Below, one piece after another: positions 1 through 12,846 of a stretch of 64,000 nt of DNA (position 1 is the first letter of the stretch; every line of letters starts with the position of its first letter). The notes under the pieces are model-generated. The model searched no databases. It was not told the DNA's origin and saw only the letters and a list, made by a program, of their open reading frames with translations. This DNA is from Squalus acanthias (Eukaryota), in assembly GCA_030390025.1 (NCBI GenBank), contig JASTWF010000332.1:310001-374000 (forward strand), given 5' to 3'. The position numbers and the translations under genes are program-made.

Positions 1-520
1 TCTAGCAGTCTTTCAGGCAGTGCATTCCAGGTCACAACAACTCCGTGTTAGAAAAATGTTTCCTCATGGCGCCTCTGGTTCTTTTGCCAATTACCTGAAA
101 TCTGTGTCCTCTGATTACTGACCCTTCTGCCACTGGAAACAATTTCTCCTTATTTACTCCATCAAAACCCTTCATGATTTTGAACACCTCAGTCAAATCT
201 CCTCTCCTCCTTCTCTGCTCCAAGGAGAACAACCCCAGGTTCTTGAGTCTCCCTACATAACTGAAGTTCCTCATCCCTGGTACCATTCTCGTAGATTTCT
301 TCTGCACCCTCTCCAAGACCTTGACATCCTTCCTAAAGTGTGGTGCCCAGAATTGAACACAATACTCCAGCTGAGGCCTAACCAGTGTTTTATAAAGGGT
401 TAGCATACTTTCCTTGCTTTTGTACTCTATTCCTCCATTAATAAAGCCAAGGATCCCATATCCTTTTTTAACAACAGCCTTCTCAACTTGTCCTGCTACC
501 TTCAAAGATGTTGTGTACAT
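1..520 (-). mobile_element. CR1-clade LINE fragment, C-terminal part of ORF2, running off the window
   Basis: ORF 32..520 has the CR1 motifs LYKTLVRPQLEYCVQFWAP and LERVQKKSTRMVPG...RRRRGDLTEVFKIMKG. Confidence 0.95.
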
Positions 521-979
521 ACGGCCCCCCCCCCACAGGTGTCTCTGTCCCTTTTAAAACTGTACCAATTTTAGACTAAAATAAAAGGCTCTAAAATAAG
601 CAGCACATTGATCTGAAATAAGCAAAGTAGTTTAGCTTTGGTACCAAAGCACAACGATGCTTCCAAACTTCCACCCCAACACACTTTGCAACTGCAGTGA
701 CAAAGCATCGGTGACTATATCCATCTTAGATCTGCTCACTCACTCCTGCCATTGGGATTATTTCGCTTGGTTTAATTTTCAGGTATCCAAGTACACGTGT
801 CACACGTGCAAATGTCAGGAAAGATTATTTGCAGTTCAAAATTTCCAATGCGCGTCACAGCCACTGACTGTAATCTGTTCATCTCCAACCTCATAAACTT
901 TCCTACGGCCACAATCCTTGACCTTCCCTGCCTCCTTCTGCAAACAAACAATGCAGTCAGGCAAATACTTACTTTCAAC

Positions 980-1082
980 TAAAATAAAAACAGAAAATGC
1001 TGGAGTAGGAGTGATTCACTGGCAAAAGGGGTGATGGTGCAATGCGAAAGTGGGTGATAATGGGACAAGTCAAGAAACAAAC
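980..1082 (-). mobile_element. Degenerate Penelope-like element (PLE) terminal-repeat remnant
   Basis: aaaacagaaaatgctgga and gtgataatgggacaagtcaagaaacaaa resemble the terminal repeat of the PLE at 54016-54380. Confidence 0.5.
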
Positions 1083-2094
1083 TGCTATTAACTCCCAGCA
1101 GGAAGAATGGAAAACGTGGGAGATGAAGCATCACATTACAGCCACTAGGGTGTTTTTAAAAAAAAACACACAACAGGCTCTACCCATGGAAGACAAAGGA
1201 CAAAACAGAAGGGTCAAGGACAAACACCTTCCATTGCAATAAACTGTCTGGAGCAAACACAGTCGGTACGCCAGGGACAACAACAGAATAGAGAGAGGTT
1301 TTAGTTTGCCCAAGAGAGGCTTACAAACAGATAAGAGATGCAGTGCCTAGGTGAGGGGCAGGGGAGGAAGCAAGGCTGAACTCAAGCAAAAGAACAACCG
1401 GTGAACTGCCCACTCGTTCTACCAGGAAATCCTGCCCTAATGCTAAAGCAGCAAGCACCACAGTTTTAATGTAACGTCCAACTTAAAAAAGGAACAACTG
1501 GTCTGAGCACTCGATTCAAGCATTGGCATCTCGGTCACTTAATACTTTCTCACGATTTTTTGTTGTTGCTGATTTGGAATTGTAAAAATTCCCATCGTCT
1601 TTCACTTGGTAAATCATTGTTGAATTTATGCTTCAAGTGCAGCCAGTTACAGTTCAGTACGTGCTGCAATAAATAATTGGGACACACTGAAAAATTATAA
1701 GCATCTCTCACTGGCAGCGTAAACCTCAGGCTGGAATTTATGCTGTATTTGTACAGCACTCCCACACTCAGACCAAACCGCACACTATACTTGCTCAATT
1801 TTTATTCTGCTTTTCTGGTATAATTTTCCCGACATGACAGCGGACATAGCAAGAAACAGAAAAACAAGAGTGGGAACAGTTTACATACTTTGGCTCCTGT
1901 GTCGTCACCAGAGTGGGGAGAAGAATTTTTAATTCTAAGCTCAATATTTCTAACTGTTCACTGTGCTTCTCTCAATCTTCGTTTCTCCTTGCTGCCAATT
2001 GTTTTCTTTCGGACGTACTTTCTCTGCTACCTCAGTTGCATTAAAGTGAGAAGTCGCACAACACCAGGTTATAGTCCAACAGTTTTATTTGAAA

Positions 2095-2132
2095 TCACAA
2101 GCTTTCGGAGCGGCTGCTCCTTCGTCAGGTGA
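2095..2132 (-). ncRNA. Minimal type-I hammerhead ribozyme motif (intact stem I)
   Basis: Minus strand reads UCAC-CUGACGA-A-GGAGC(agcc)GCUCC-GAA-AGCU-U-GUGA: conserved core, 5-bp stem II, palindromic stem III, stem I UCAC/GUGA. Confidence 0.8.
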
Positions 2133-2154
2133 AGTGAAGAGGTATTTCTTCACT

Positions 2155-2192
2155 TCACCTGACGAAGGAGCAGCCGCTCCGAAAGCTTGCGA
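2155..2192 (+). ncRNA. Minimal type-I hammerhead ribozyme motif (one stem I mismatch)
   Basis: tcac CTGACGA a ggagc agcc gctcc GAA agct t gcga. Confidence 0.7.
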
Positions 2193-2582
2193 TTTCAAAT
2201 AAAACTGTTGGACTATAACCTGGTGTTGTGCGACTTCTCACTTTTGTCCACCCCAGTCCAACACCGGCATCTCCGCATCAGTTGCATTACTGGTTGGTCT
2301 TTCTTCCTGTTAAACTGCTGCAGCGTGCAGATGCCTGTAACTCCCCATCTCCGGACAAGTGTCTGACTCCCATTCTGGCCAGCCTCTAACCCCACTCCTT
2401 CCACGGCATTGCGAGAAGAAAGCAGTGAAAGCTGATATTGCATTACGCTCCATCAGCAATATCAGCCGTTTTCATTTGCTAACCAAATTTCTGCAAGATG
2501 CGTCTCATTAAATTGCTAACTAGGTCAGTAGGTCCCACTGCTTCCTGAGCTTTGGAGGCTTATTCAAACAGATTATATATTG

Positions 2583-2870
2583 TTCTCGGGATGTGGGCAA
2601 CACTGACAAGGCCACATTGAATACCCATCCCTAGTTACCCTGAGGGCATTAAGAGTCAACTAGAGTCACATGTAGGCCAGACCAGGTAGGAGTGGCCGGT
2701 TACCTTCCCTGAAGGACATGAGTGAACCCGTTGGGTTTTTACAACAATCCGACTGCCCAGCCCACAAATCACCAGATTTCAATTAATTCACTTTCTCAAC
2801 TTGCCACGGTGGGATTTGAACTCACAACCTTTGAATTGCTAGTCAAATATCATAACTACTAGGCTACAGT
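2583..2870 (-). mobile_element. tRNA-derived SINE with LINE-like 3' tail
   Basis: B-box-like gggatttgaactc near 2811; tail gggatgtggg...cccatccct matches the LINE 3' end at 62430-62470 in reverse. Confidence 0.7.
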
Positions 2871-2971
2871 ACCTAGATATACTGGATCCTTTTCAAATGT
2901 GCAGCGTTGAGTGTGCGAGACCCCAGTGACAAATGAGAAAAGTCCAGTCTTCATTTAAATATAGTTATACA

Positions 2972-3450
2972 GGCCTTAGAGAGGGTGCAGAGGAGATTTA
3001 CTAGAATGGTACTAGGGATACGGGACTTCAGTTACGTTGAGACGAGAGAAGCTGGGGTTGTTCACCTTAGAGCAGAGAAGGTTAAGGGGAGATTTAATAT
3101 CAGCGTTTAAAATCGTGAAGCGCTTTGATAGAGTAAATAAGGAGAAATTGTTTCCACTGGCAGAAGGGTCAGTAACAAGACACAGATAAGACAATTGGCA
3201 AAAAGAAGCAGAGGGGAGATGTGCAGAATTTTTACACGCAGCGAGTTATGATGATTTGGAATGCATTGCCTAAGAGAATAGTGGAAGCAGGATAAATAAC
3301 TTTCAAAAGGGAATTGGATAAATACTTGAAGGGGTTCAATTTACATGGCTATGGGGAAAGAGCAGGGGAGTGGGACTAACTGGATTGCTCTTCGAAAGAG
3401 CCGGCACAGGCACGATGGGCCGAATGGCCTCCTTCTGTGCTGTATTCCTT
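2972..3450 (+). mobile_element. 5'-truncated CR1 LINE 3' end
   Basis: gccttagagagggtgcagaggagatttactagaatg through the terminal gggccgaatggcctccttctgtgctg. Confidence 0.9.
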
Positions 3451-3899
3451 CTATGTTTGCATATTAAAATGTTGTCACAGAACATCGCGGTCCTCACACA
3501 TTTATAATGGAATATGATTTCATAATTAGAGGGAAGCCGAACAAGTCGTTTTAAATATCCCAGCAATATTTATTAATTTGAAAAGATGTTTTTTTCTGCT
3601 CATTTACAAGTTTTGAAGTATTAATTGTGGATTAGGCATTGGGGAAGAGGGACTTTGGGGGGTGGGGGGTAAAATTTAAAAAACAGCCTTTATAACTGTT
3701 CAGGATATTCCCAGCGCCAGAACAGATGAAGCAACATTCAAGGTCAAGTAATTAACGAGCAGAACTTTCTTTTTGGTCTAGACTGATAATGAGGGAAAAA
3801 AGCGACTTCTTCCGGCTACATGGAAAACTTGAAGGAGGGCAAAGTTATTTTAATGGCTCTCTAATAAAATCTAGAAGTGCAAATTGTCACACGACCTTA

Positions 3900-4160
3900 G
3901 ATTAGCAGCATTTACAAAATTGATCGGCAGGAAAAGACCAGCTGGTCCATCAAGACAGCCCCAAACTCAATGCCTGGAGCTTCGTGACTGGACACTTCTT
4001 CCCCTCCCGCAGGTACGTCATCTCCTGGGAGAGGTAGAAAACCCAGGGACAATAAGGGAATAAAAACTCTGGAAAATTCCCCTCCGACCCCCTCAGGTGA
4101 CCGAAACCAGTCCAGATCATCACATTGACCGTGCGTACGTTAAATGTTAATCCACTTACC
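3900..4160 (-). mobile_element. Probable old CR1 3'UTR fragment
   Basis: ggaaaagaccagctggtccatc and gaaaacccag motifs resemble the tail of the old CR1 at 6030-6250. Confidence 0.4.
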
Positions 4161-4989
4161 TTCTATATAAAGCGATCTCTTCCCAAATTGCAGACATAAT
4201 TGCTTCAAGAAAAAAAGAGAGGGTGTTTACGTAGAATTTTTTTATTCTTACATGCAGCTGTCTCAGGGAGTTTAAGTATAAAAGCAAACTGCAACACAAC
4301 TCATAGCACCAGAATGCAACTGGATTAAGGTCTCAGATCTACAACAGTGGAACCAATTTGGGCTCGGAATGCCTCGGACTATTTGACGCACATAATAACA
4401 GTTGTGCAGAAAAGGAACTGACTGCTACTCAGGAGTTGGATAAAAGGTGCATGAAGAATAGAGACTGCCGGAAAATAGGAAAATAATGGTTATGGGTGAA
4501 AGATATTCTGGATAAATGGTAGGCAGAGGATAAGTGTTTCCAATTTAATACTGAAGGTTTTTTAAAAAAAAATACATACAATCTACAATTATTACAAATT
4601 AGAATTTTGACACTTTGACATTGACATTTTTGTGCACTCCATTGTACGTGTAACCAGAGGTGGACTGTGCAGCCTGCATGTGGAGAGTGGTCAAGAATTA
4701 GAAGAATTTTCACATTAGTAATGTTATTGGAGCCAAAGATTTTAAATTTAAAAATAACTGATTTGTGCATGGAGATGCTGTACTTGACCCGGTCATATTC
4801 TGTAACAGCATCTGCTGCAAATCACTGGTGCCAAGTTCTTTTATATAATAGCAACATTATCATCGCACTGAATCCATTGAAGAATGGATATATGTGAAAG
4901 GAGCTTGCCTATTCCCCAAATTCAACCGATGCAGTGCAATCAACAACGGCAATAGAATGTTGAACCATATAGCCGCAACAGTCGAATAC

Positions 4990-5470
4990 AAATCAGAAGA
5001 AGTCATGATCAAACTGTACAGTGCTCTGATCAGATCGCACCTTTAATACTGTGACCAGAACCACTGAGACAAGAGAGATACTGGAGGCAGTGTAGAGAAG
5101 AGCCACGAGACTGTCCCATGGTGTTAGCGGTCTGAGGCATGGGGAAAGACTGCAAAACAAAGACTTGGGTATTTTGCCCTTGAAAGAAGGCATCGAGAGG
5201 TTATCATGAAGTATTTAAAAGAGTAATGGTAAATCCAGAATATTACCTTAAATTAAACTGTAATACAAGGAGCCGCAGATTTGAATTAGCAAATGTCAAA
5301 TTTAGGACTGATAGCAAGAACTTCTACTTCACACAAAAAGGGAGTGATCTATACTTGGAAGAGAGTCCCAGATATAGAGTAGTGAAGGCAAAAACCCTGG
5401 AAACAATATAAGAACCAATCGGATGCTGCAACGGAGAATTTTAGGGATGGATGAACTAGGATGGCCTGAA
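4990..5470 (+). mobile_element. Highly degenerate CR1 3' fragment
   Basis: ctgtacagtgctctgatcagatcgcacctt, ctggaggcagtgtagagaagagccacgagact, aagaacttctacttcacacaaa are decayed LYxALVRPHL / LEAVQRRATRL / NFFTQR motifs. Confidence 0.7.
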
Positions 5471-6029
5471 TAACTTGAACAGGGCATTTGGGATTTGTGA
5501 TTCTTGCAGTTCCAGAGGGAAAACTGCTGAAAGGAACTAGAAGTTTTAAGATATTATGGAGGATGCCAGTGATATGATCTGATAGAACCAGATTAGAACC
5601 ATTAAATGTTTAAGGAAGTGCCTGAATAGCAAAATATAGCATTAATGTACAGTATCAGTGCAAGTTTCAGGGAACTGAAATGATATGTTTTGGACACTGA
5701 GGTGCTTACAAAAAGAAACCCATGTGCGTTGTTCATTCTCATCTCCACTGACATCACTACACATCCTTTGCCTTTGACAAAGCACAGTTAATGAGAGTGA
5801 TGCTGTCAATTGGTCTTGTATCTGTAGTCAACAATCCAACTAGTATTAAAATTGGTAAGTATCGCCATGCGCTTACAGGCCATATTTATTATTGAATGTT
5901 TCAATAAATCTGCATTATTCTTGTGTTTGCAAAGTATAATTCTTTAGCACCATATTTTTGGCAGGTTCCTAGCAGCTTTAAGTGTCTGCACAGACATGAG
6001 AAATATACTGGTCCTTCCACATGTACAGT

Positions 6030-6915
6030 GGGAACATAGGAATTGCTAGATGAAAAAAGACCACAGCCCATCTCGTTCATCTCCTACCATTTTGGTAGTG
6101 GCATGATGCAGCAATAATTGGAGTTGCTGACAATTCACACCAATCAATCTCTATTAATAGTCGACAACAGATCCAGACAAGAAGCGAGGAAAACCCCAGT
6201 GGTGGAGAGTTTTGGGAACCATAGATCCAAAGTCACCTGTTCCTCCCAGCATGCTACACTTACCACATATCACATCTCAAATTACTCATATACTCTATCC
6301 CAAAATGCTATTTTTTTTTTTAAAGAAATCTATCTAATCTGCATTTGAATGAATCAATACTTCCACCATCTCTCTAGGGAGTCCGCTCCATAGGTTGACC
6401 ACTCAAACCGAAATATTGTTTCTGCAGATTAGTTTTGAATTTGCCCTCTGGTTCGACTGTTCTGGACAAGGTGAAACAGCTCGTCATGGTCTACATTAGA
6501 GTCCCTTTAGAATCCTAAAAACAGCAATCAGATCACCTCTCAACCTCTTTTCCAGGGTGAACATGCCCAATTTACATAAATCGCTCCTGATAATCCAATC
6601 CCTCCAGCTCCTCAAATCATTCTGGTTGCTCTCTTCTGAATCCTGTCAATAGCTGCAATGTCCTTTTTGTACTGTGGCGACTAGAACTGTACACAGGAAT
6701 TTAAGCACCATCGCCTCAATGATTTATGAAGTGGCAGGATTACCTCACTATTTTAGCTCAAACTGACCGTTTAATACATCCCAACGTCTGATTTGCGTTA
6801 CTCACCGTCACTGAGCATTGTTGCGACAGCTTCAATTTATTGTCAATCAGGACCCCCCAGATCTCTCATTTTTCATGCACATTATTTTCTTTCCATTTAA
6901 GTAATACCTGTAGTC
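6030..6915 (-). mobile_element. Highly degenerate CR1 3' fragment
   Basis: atcagatcacctctcaacctc, tccttttt gtactgtggcgactagaactgtacacag and gtcaatcaggacccccagatctct are reverse-complement CR1 ORF2 motifs. Confidence 0.75.
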
Positions 6916-8111
6916 CCTTCCTGGATTTGTTTTGGGGGTGGGGGAATAGGAGTTTGGTGCTATAGGTGAACTGTAACATGCGTCACACAGCAACAGGTCA
7001 GCTCTATGGCTAGAGGCAAATTAAAGGATTGTTTAAAAATTGGTCCTTTTGTGGGTTTTCACAAGTTGGACACATATGGCAGCATTAAACAGCATGTTAA
7101 GCAAACCAGGTTGTGCAGAGGAATATAAACAATTTACAACCCTTTAATTGAGCAAATCACTATTTACACAACAAAATCTCCCTGTTCCACAATCAATCCA
7201 TAGGATGTCAAGGTGGAGTTCACCCATAGCTTTCCTACAGGACCAACATGAATTACCCAGTCAGGTAGCATGATGAAGTTCAACATTATTGTAGATATTT
7301 GGTACGAGGTTCATGTGATCGATACTTACACTTCACCCTGAACCGATAAGTTTTAGCCTTGGCTCTCTACAACTCGACCTTGATACATTACATCAAGAGA
7401 TCGATTATGTTTTTACTGCACATTTTACCTTTTCTTGACAAGAGTTATTGTGCTTAAATGGACCGTGAAGCATTTCCTCAAGGAGTTATTTGTCTTCAAA
7501 CTCTGGCTGCACTGTATAAACACAATACGACTTTCATTTAAAGAAAAAACCAGCAATGACCTGCAGCCCAGTAGCACAAGAAATCTCTGACAAATTCATC
7601 CCAAAGCTCAAACCTGTCTGGCATTACACACCAATTCTCAGCCACATCACTAAAGGGTACGACTTGCCAGCAAGGTTAGAATGACATCCAGATCCACTGC
7701 AACTCCGACAAGATAATTCCACACAGTCCAATCACCATCATAACCTTCCACAGTTGGCTTGACAACAAAGTACTTTGCCTGTCCAAATGTGCTCTGCTCA
7801 AAATGACATTTCCTAAACCATTTAAAACCGTGCAAGCCAAACTGATGGCAGTACAGGTAGATGGCAAATGTAGTTTTTAAAAACGGGCGTCAGATGCTTC
7901 AATTGCTGCAAACTTTCCCTCGTGCAATCTAGAGTAGAGCACAGCGGTAGACACAGTGGCAGATTTACATGGCGTGCAGAAGGAGAGAGCTTGATAAACT
8001 GCAAACCAAAACCTGCATCCTCCACTCTGTAGCCGAGTCAACCAACTTTTCTGAATAAAAACGCAAGTGCGCAACAGAAGTCACATTGAAAAAGTACAGA
8101 TGTAAAACAAA

Positions 8112-8220
8112 AAGACAGACTTGCATTTATAGAACACCTTTCACCACCTGAGGACGTCACAAAGCGCTTTCCAGCTAATTAAGTACTTTTTGAAGTGTAG
8201 TCACTGTTGTAATGTAGGCT
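8112..8220 (-). mobile_element. Deu-domain SINE 3' fragment
   Basis: gacttgcatttatagaacacctttcacc...aagtactttttgaagtgtagtcactgttgtaatgtagg, matching other copies in the window. Confidence 0.8.
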
Positions 8221-8583
8221 CAAGAATTAAACTTGGGAAAACATCACAATGGAGTCAACAACATGCTCATTGTCAAGAGCAGGGCACAGTTGTCCAAAGG
8301 TAGAGTTTGATGGGAAATGCCCTTCTAGTTTGCACAGAGTAATTCAAACCCCATTTGGTGCTTTTTGTTTACTAAACATTCTATCTCTGGCAGGGGGTGT
8401 GCGAAGACTGGCTGTTGACTTGCCTGCTACATTAATTGAGCATGCAGGGTCACAGGTGCTGCTCCAGAACAGACCATCCACCAGCTTGACGTGGATTGTT
8501 GGGAGGCCCCAGCTCACAAGCAAAGTATAAAAGGCAAAAATGGACATGCTGGAAAACTTGGATCACAAAACAAACACACGCAA

Positions 8584-11201
8584 GGGTACAAATGTATCTT
8601 GGCGGTATTGCATAGTTCGGCCAATATTCAGCTACATGAAAGTCAACAGAACTGAATATTGGGCGGGGCATATAACATAGAAACATAGAAGATAGGAGCA
8701 GGAGTAGGCCTTTCGGCCCCTCGAGCCTGCTCCACCATTTAATGAGATCATGGCTGATCATCCAAATTCAGTACCCTGTCCCTGCTTTCTCCCCATATCC
8801 CTTGATCCCTTTAGCCTTAAAATATATCTAACGCCTTCTTGAATATATTTAATGAATTGGCCTCATCTGCCTTCTGTGGTAGAGAATTCCACAGGTTCAC
8901 CACTCTCTGGGTGAAGAAATTCCTCCTTATCTCAGTCCTAAATGGCTTACCCCTTATCCTTCGACTGTGACCCCGGTTTCTGGACTCCCCCGCCATCGGG
9001 AACATCCTTCCTGCATCTAGTCTGTCTAGTCCTGTTAGAATTTTATAAGTTTCAATGAGATCCCCTCTCATTCTTCTAAACTCTAGCGAATATAATCCCA
9101 TTCGACCCAATCTCTCTTCATACGTCAATCCTGCCATCCCAGGTATCAGTCTGGTGAATCTTCGCTGCACTCCCTCCATGGCAAGAACATCCTTCCTCAG
9201 ATAAGGCGACCAAAACTGCACACAATACTCGAGGTGTGGTCTCACCAAGGCCCTGTACAACTGCAGCAAGACATCCTTGCTCCTGTACTCGAATCCTCTC
9301 GCTATGAAGGCCAACATACCATTTGCCTTCTTAACCACCTGCTACACCTGCACGCTTACCTTCAGCGACTGGTGCACAAGGACACCCAGGTCTCGTTGCA
9401 CTTCCTCTTTTCCCAATCTATTGCCGTTCAGATAATAATCCGCCTTCCTGTTTTTGCCACCAAAGTGGATAACCTCGTATTTATCCACATTATACTGCAT
9501 CTGCCCAAATCATACTGGAGTTTCTCTGCATCCTCCTCACAGCACACATGCCCACCCAGCTTTGTGTCATCTGCAAACTTGGAGATATTACATCTAGTTC
9601 CCTTGTCTAGATCATTAATATATATTTTGTGAATAGCTGGGGTCCTAGCACCGATCCCTGCGGTACCCCACTAGTCACTGCCTGCCACTCGGAAAAAGAC
9701 CCATTTATTCCAACTCTTTGCTTCCTGTCTGCCAACCAGTTCTCTATCCAAGTCAGTACCTTACCCCCAATCCCATGTGCTTTAACTTTGCATGCTAATC
9801 TCTTATGCGGGACCTTATCAAAATCCTTCTGAAAGTCCAAATACACCACATCCACTGGTTCTCCCTTATCTATTCTACCAGTTACATCCTCAAAAAATTC
9901 CAGTGGATTAGTCAAGCATGATTTACCTTTTGTAAATCCATGTTGACTTTGTCTGATCCCGTCACTGTTTTCCAAGTGCTCTGCTATTACATCTTTTATA
10001 ATGGACTCTAGCATTTTCCCCACTACCGATGTCAGGCTTACCGGTCTATAATTCCCCGTTTTCTCTCTCCCACCTTTTTTAAATAGTGGGGTTACATTAG
10101 CTACCCTCCAGTCCATGGGAACTGTTCCAGAGTCTATAGAATTTGGGAAGATGACCAGCAATGCATCTACTATTTCTAGGGCCTCTTCCTCAAGTACCCT
10201 AGGATGTAGATCATCAGGCCCTGGGGATTTATCGGCCTTCAATCCCGTCAATTTCCCCAACACCATTTCCCTACAAATACTGATTTCATTCAGTTCCTCC
10301 CTCTCATTAAACCCCATGTTCCCTGACATCTCTGGGAGGTTATTTGTGTCCTCCTTTGTGAAGACAGAACCAAAGTATGTATTTAATTGGTCTGCCATTT
10401 TTTTGTTCCCCATTATAAATTCCCCTGATTCTGACTGCAAGGGACCTATGCTTGACTTCACCAATCTTTTTCTCTTCACATATCTATAGAAGCTTTTACA
10501 GTCAGTTTTTATGTTCCCTGCAAGCTTACTCTGTTAATCTATTTTCCCCCTCTTAATTAATCCCTTTGTCCTCCTTTGCTGAATCCTAAACTGCTCCCAA
10601 TCCTCAATTTGCTACTTTTTCTGGCCAAACTATATGTCCTCTCCTTGGATCTTATGCTATCCCTAATTTCCCTTGTTAGCCACGGTTGGGTCACCTTTTT
10701 TGTTTTATTTTTATGCCAAACAGGGATGAACAAATTCTGTAGTTCATCCATGCGATCTTTAAATGTTTGCCATTGCCTATCCACCGTCAACCCTTTAAGT
10801 AACGTTCCCCAATCCATCCTAGCCAACTCGCGCCTCATACCATCGTAGTTTCCTTTATCTAAATTCAGGACCCTAGTCTGAGTCAACTACTTCACTCTCC
10901 ATCTTAAATGAAGAATTCTATCATATTATGATCGCTCCTCCCCAAGGGGCCTCGCACAACAAGATTGCTAATTAATCCTTTCTCATTACATAATACCCAG
11001 TCTAAGATGGCCTGATCTCTAGTTGGTTCCTCGACATATTGGTCCAGGAAACTATCCCATATACACTCTAGGAATTCCTCCTCCACAGCATTGTTACTAA
11101 TTTGGTTAGCCCAATCTATATGTAGATTAAAGTCACCCACGATAACTGCTGTGCCCTTAACGGGTGGCCGATGAGATACCACCCAAGATGCATTTCTACT
11201 C
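8584..11201. mobile_element. Hairpin MITE (same family as 11764-11948) split into 8584-8676 and 11158-11201 by a CR1
   Basis: Terminal inverted repeats gggtacaaatgtatcttgg / ccaagatgcatttctactc; shared internal motifs atattcag..gaactga and gccgat..gatacc. Confidence 0.7.
8677..11157 (-). mobile_element. CR1 LINE, ~2.5 kb, 5'-truncated in the endonuclease domain; ORF2 frameshifted
   Basis: ORFs 10904..11182 (VIVGDFN, SDHNMIEF), 9607..10479 (NYRPVSLTS, LDFQKDFDKV, GVPQGSVLGP), 8817..9338; catagaaacatagaa tail; candidate TSD taac at 8673-8676 and 11158-11161. Confidence 0.97.
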
Positions 11202-11763
11202 TACTCTTTTGTGCAAAACAATGTATTTACTTTCGTTGTAGGCAGATACGGAAAATAGCAATATAATAAAGATTTAACAAACCAATATGATAAACTGCAA
11301 TTCTCCTGTGATTATTACTAGTTTGGACTTTGCTTACTACTGGCCTTCATGCATTTTGAAAATTGTATAGAATAAAAATCGTTGACTGTAAGGGTACACA
11401 AATAGGCCATTTAGCCCAACAAGCCTGTGTTGTTGTCTTTCTCCACATGATCTACAGAGTCTAATCTCCAGTTTTAAAGATGATCTGCTTATCCAACCTA
11501 GATAGTTCCTGAATCTTTCAACTGGTAGATGAAATGCCACTCTAAGGTAGCAATTTAATTCTTGAGACTATTTCCTATAGCTCAGAAATATAGCTTTCAA
11601 AATAGCAATGAAAGGCCACTTAGTGGTTGTGATATACACCTGCTAGTGCATCAAATGCTTTCAGATGATCTAATGCGTTGATAGATGTTAGGTCCAAGTA
11701 TACATTACCTCTAGTGAAGAAAGTTTAACTGAGTTAGTTCAATCAGAGACTGTAAAGGACAGT

Positions 11764-11948
11764 GGCCTAGAAATTCGCCTCGGGCAGTAGCGCAACACGG
11801 GCGGTATCAGATCGGCCATCCGTCATACACAGCGCCTGATATTCAGTTCACTGACTGCAATGGAACTGACTGCCGGGCGCTGCGTATAACAGGCAGCCGA
11901 TCAGATACCGCCCGCTTTGCACCAACGCCGGAGATGCATTTCTAGGCC
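11764..11948. mobile_element. PIF/Harbinger-type MITE (whole-element imperfect hairpin)
   Basis: TIR ggcctagaaat / atttctaggcc; internal arms gggcggtatc..gatcggc / gccgatc..gataccgccc; 3-bp TSD agt on both sides. Confidence 0.85.
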
Positions 11949-12714
11949 AGTAAGTCTTAGCTACATCAACTTTTGCTTCCTGGGTAATGGTAGACAATGC
12001 ACATGAAGTGGCTGATCAGAACAGATGACTTCCCAGCAGATTATTGAATTCTGAAAATGGTATCTGACAGATCAAAGCAAGTGGGCAGGCAATTATCGAA
12101 AGGCCTCGAGAGGAACTTCAGTCCAAAGGACCTTGAAGATAATGAATTCCAAATCTTGCCAACCCATGCTTGGAATATAGGACCAAGCTATCTGCTAAAA
12201 GCAATTACATCCCGTTTTGGATACGGCATCATTTACTATCTGACCCATTAGTAATGATTCATAGATATCGCACGCTGTAACACCAGTGAGAGAGGACAGA
12301 GTTGGTCACAAGTATTTGTAGAACATTTTTGAAAATTATTTCTTAAACCAAAATTAGAAGGACCAATGGCCAGAGTACAAGACGCCAATGTTGGAAAAAG
12401 TGAAAATCAGGAGGTAAAAGTCAAGAAGTTATGATTAGGTAACTTTTTTTTTGAGAAAGCAGAGGAGACAAAGAATCTCAACACAATTTTCATTCCGTCT
12501 GTTTTCCTTGCAATTTTCTATTTCAATCTGTTCTGAGTTTTAATTCGAGTCAACTACAAATCAATTTTGATTTTCTTGTCTGTCCTTTTATCATTGTCCT
12601 TTCTGGATCACTTTGATCATCATCATTGCTTCTGTCTGACCTTTCCTCTGCAGGGGCGACACAAGCTGTGAATAATTGAATGAGGTTGGGGGGGGGGGGG
12701 GGGGGGTGGTGTTT

Positions 12715-12846
12715 GTGATCTGTTTGTGGGATCTTGCTATGCACAAAATTGGCTGCCGCGTTCTCTACCTTACAGCAGTGGCTACATTTGGCTGCAAAGC
12801 ACTTTGGGACATCCTGAAAGACACCATATAAATGCAAGTCATTCTT
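12715..12846 (+). mobile_element. Deu-domain SINE 3' fragment, preceded by a G-run
   Basis: tgtttgtgggatcttgctatgcacaaaattggctgccgcg...taaatgcaagtc. Confidence 0.8.

Larger units (their letters stand above)
2044..2277. mobile_element. Non-autonomous palindromic Penelope-derived insertion (two inverted terminal-repeat copies)
   Basis: 98-bp arms 2043-2140 and 2147-2244 with one mismatch and a 6-nt loop; TSD tcagttgcatta at 2032-2043 and 2278-2289; 3' tail gtccaccccagtccaacaccggc. Confidence 0.85.

Noticed and set aside
7428..7511. Possible short minus-strand exon (tttatacag ... AAG|gtaaaa)
   Set aside because: Splice-like motifs alone are common and the translation is not recognisable
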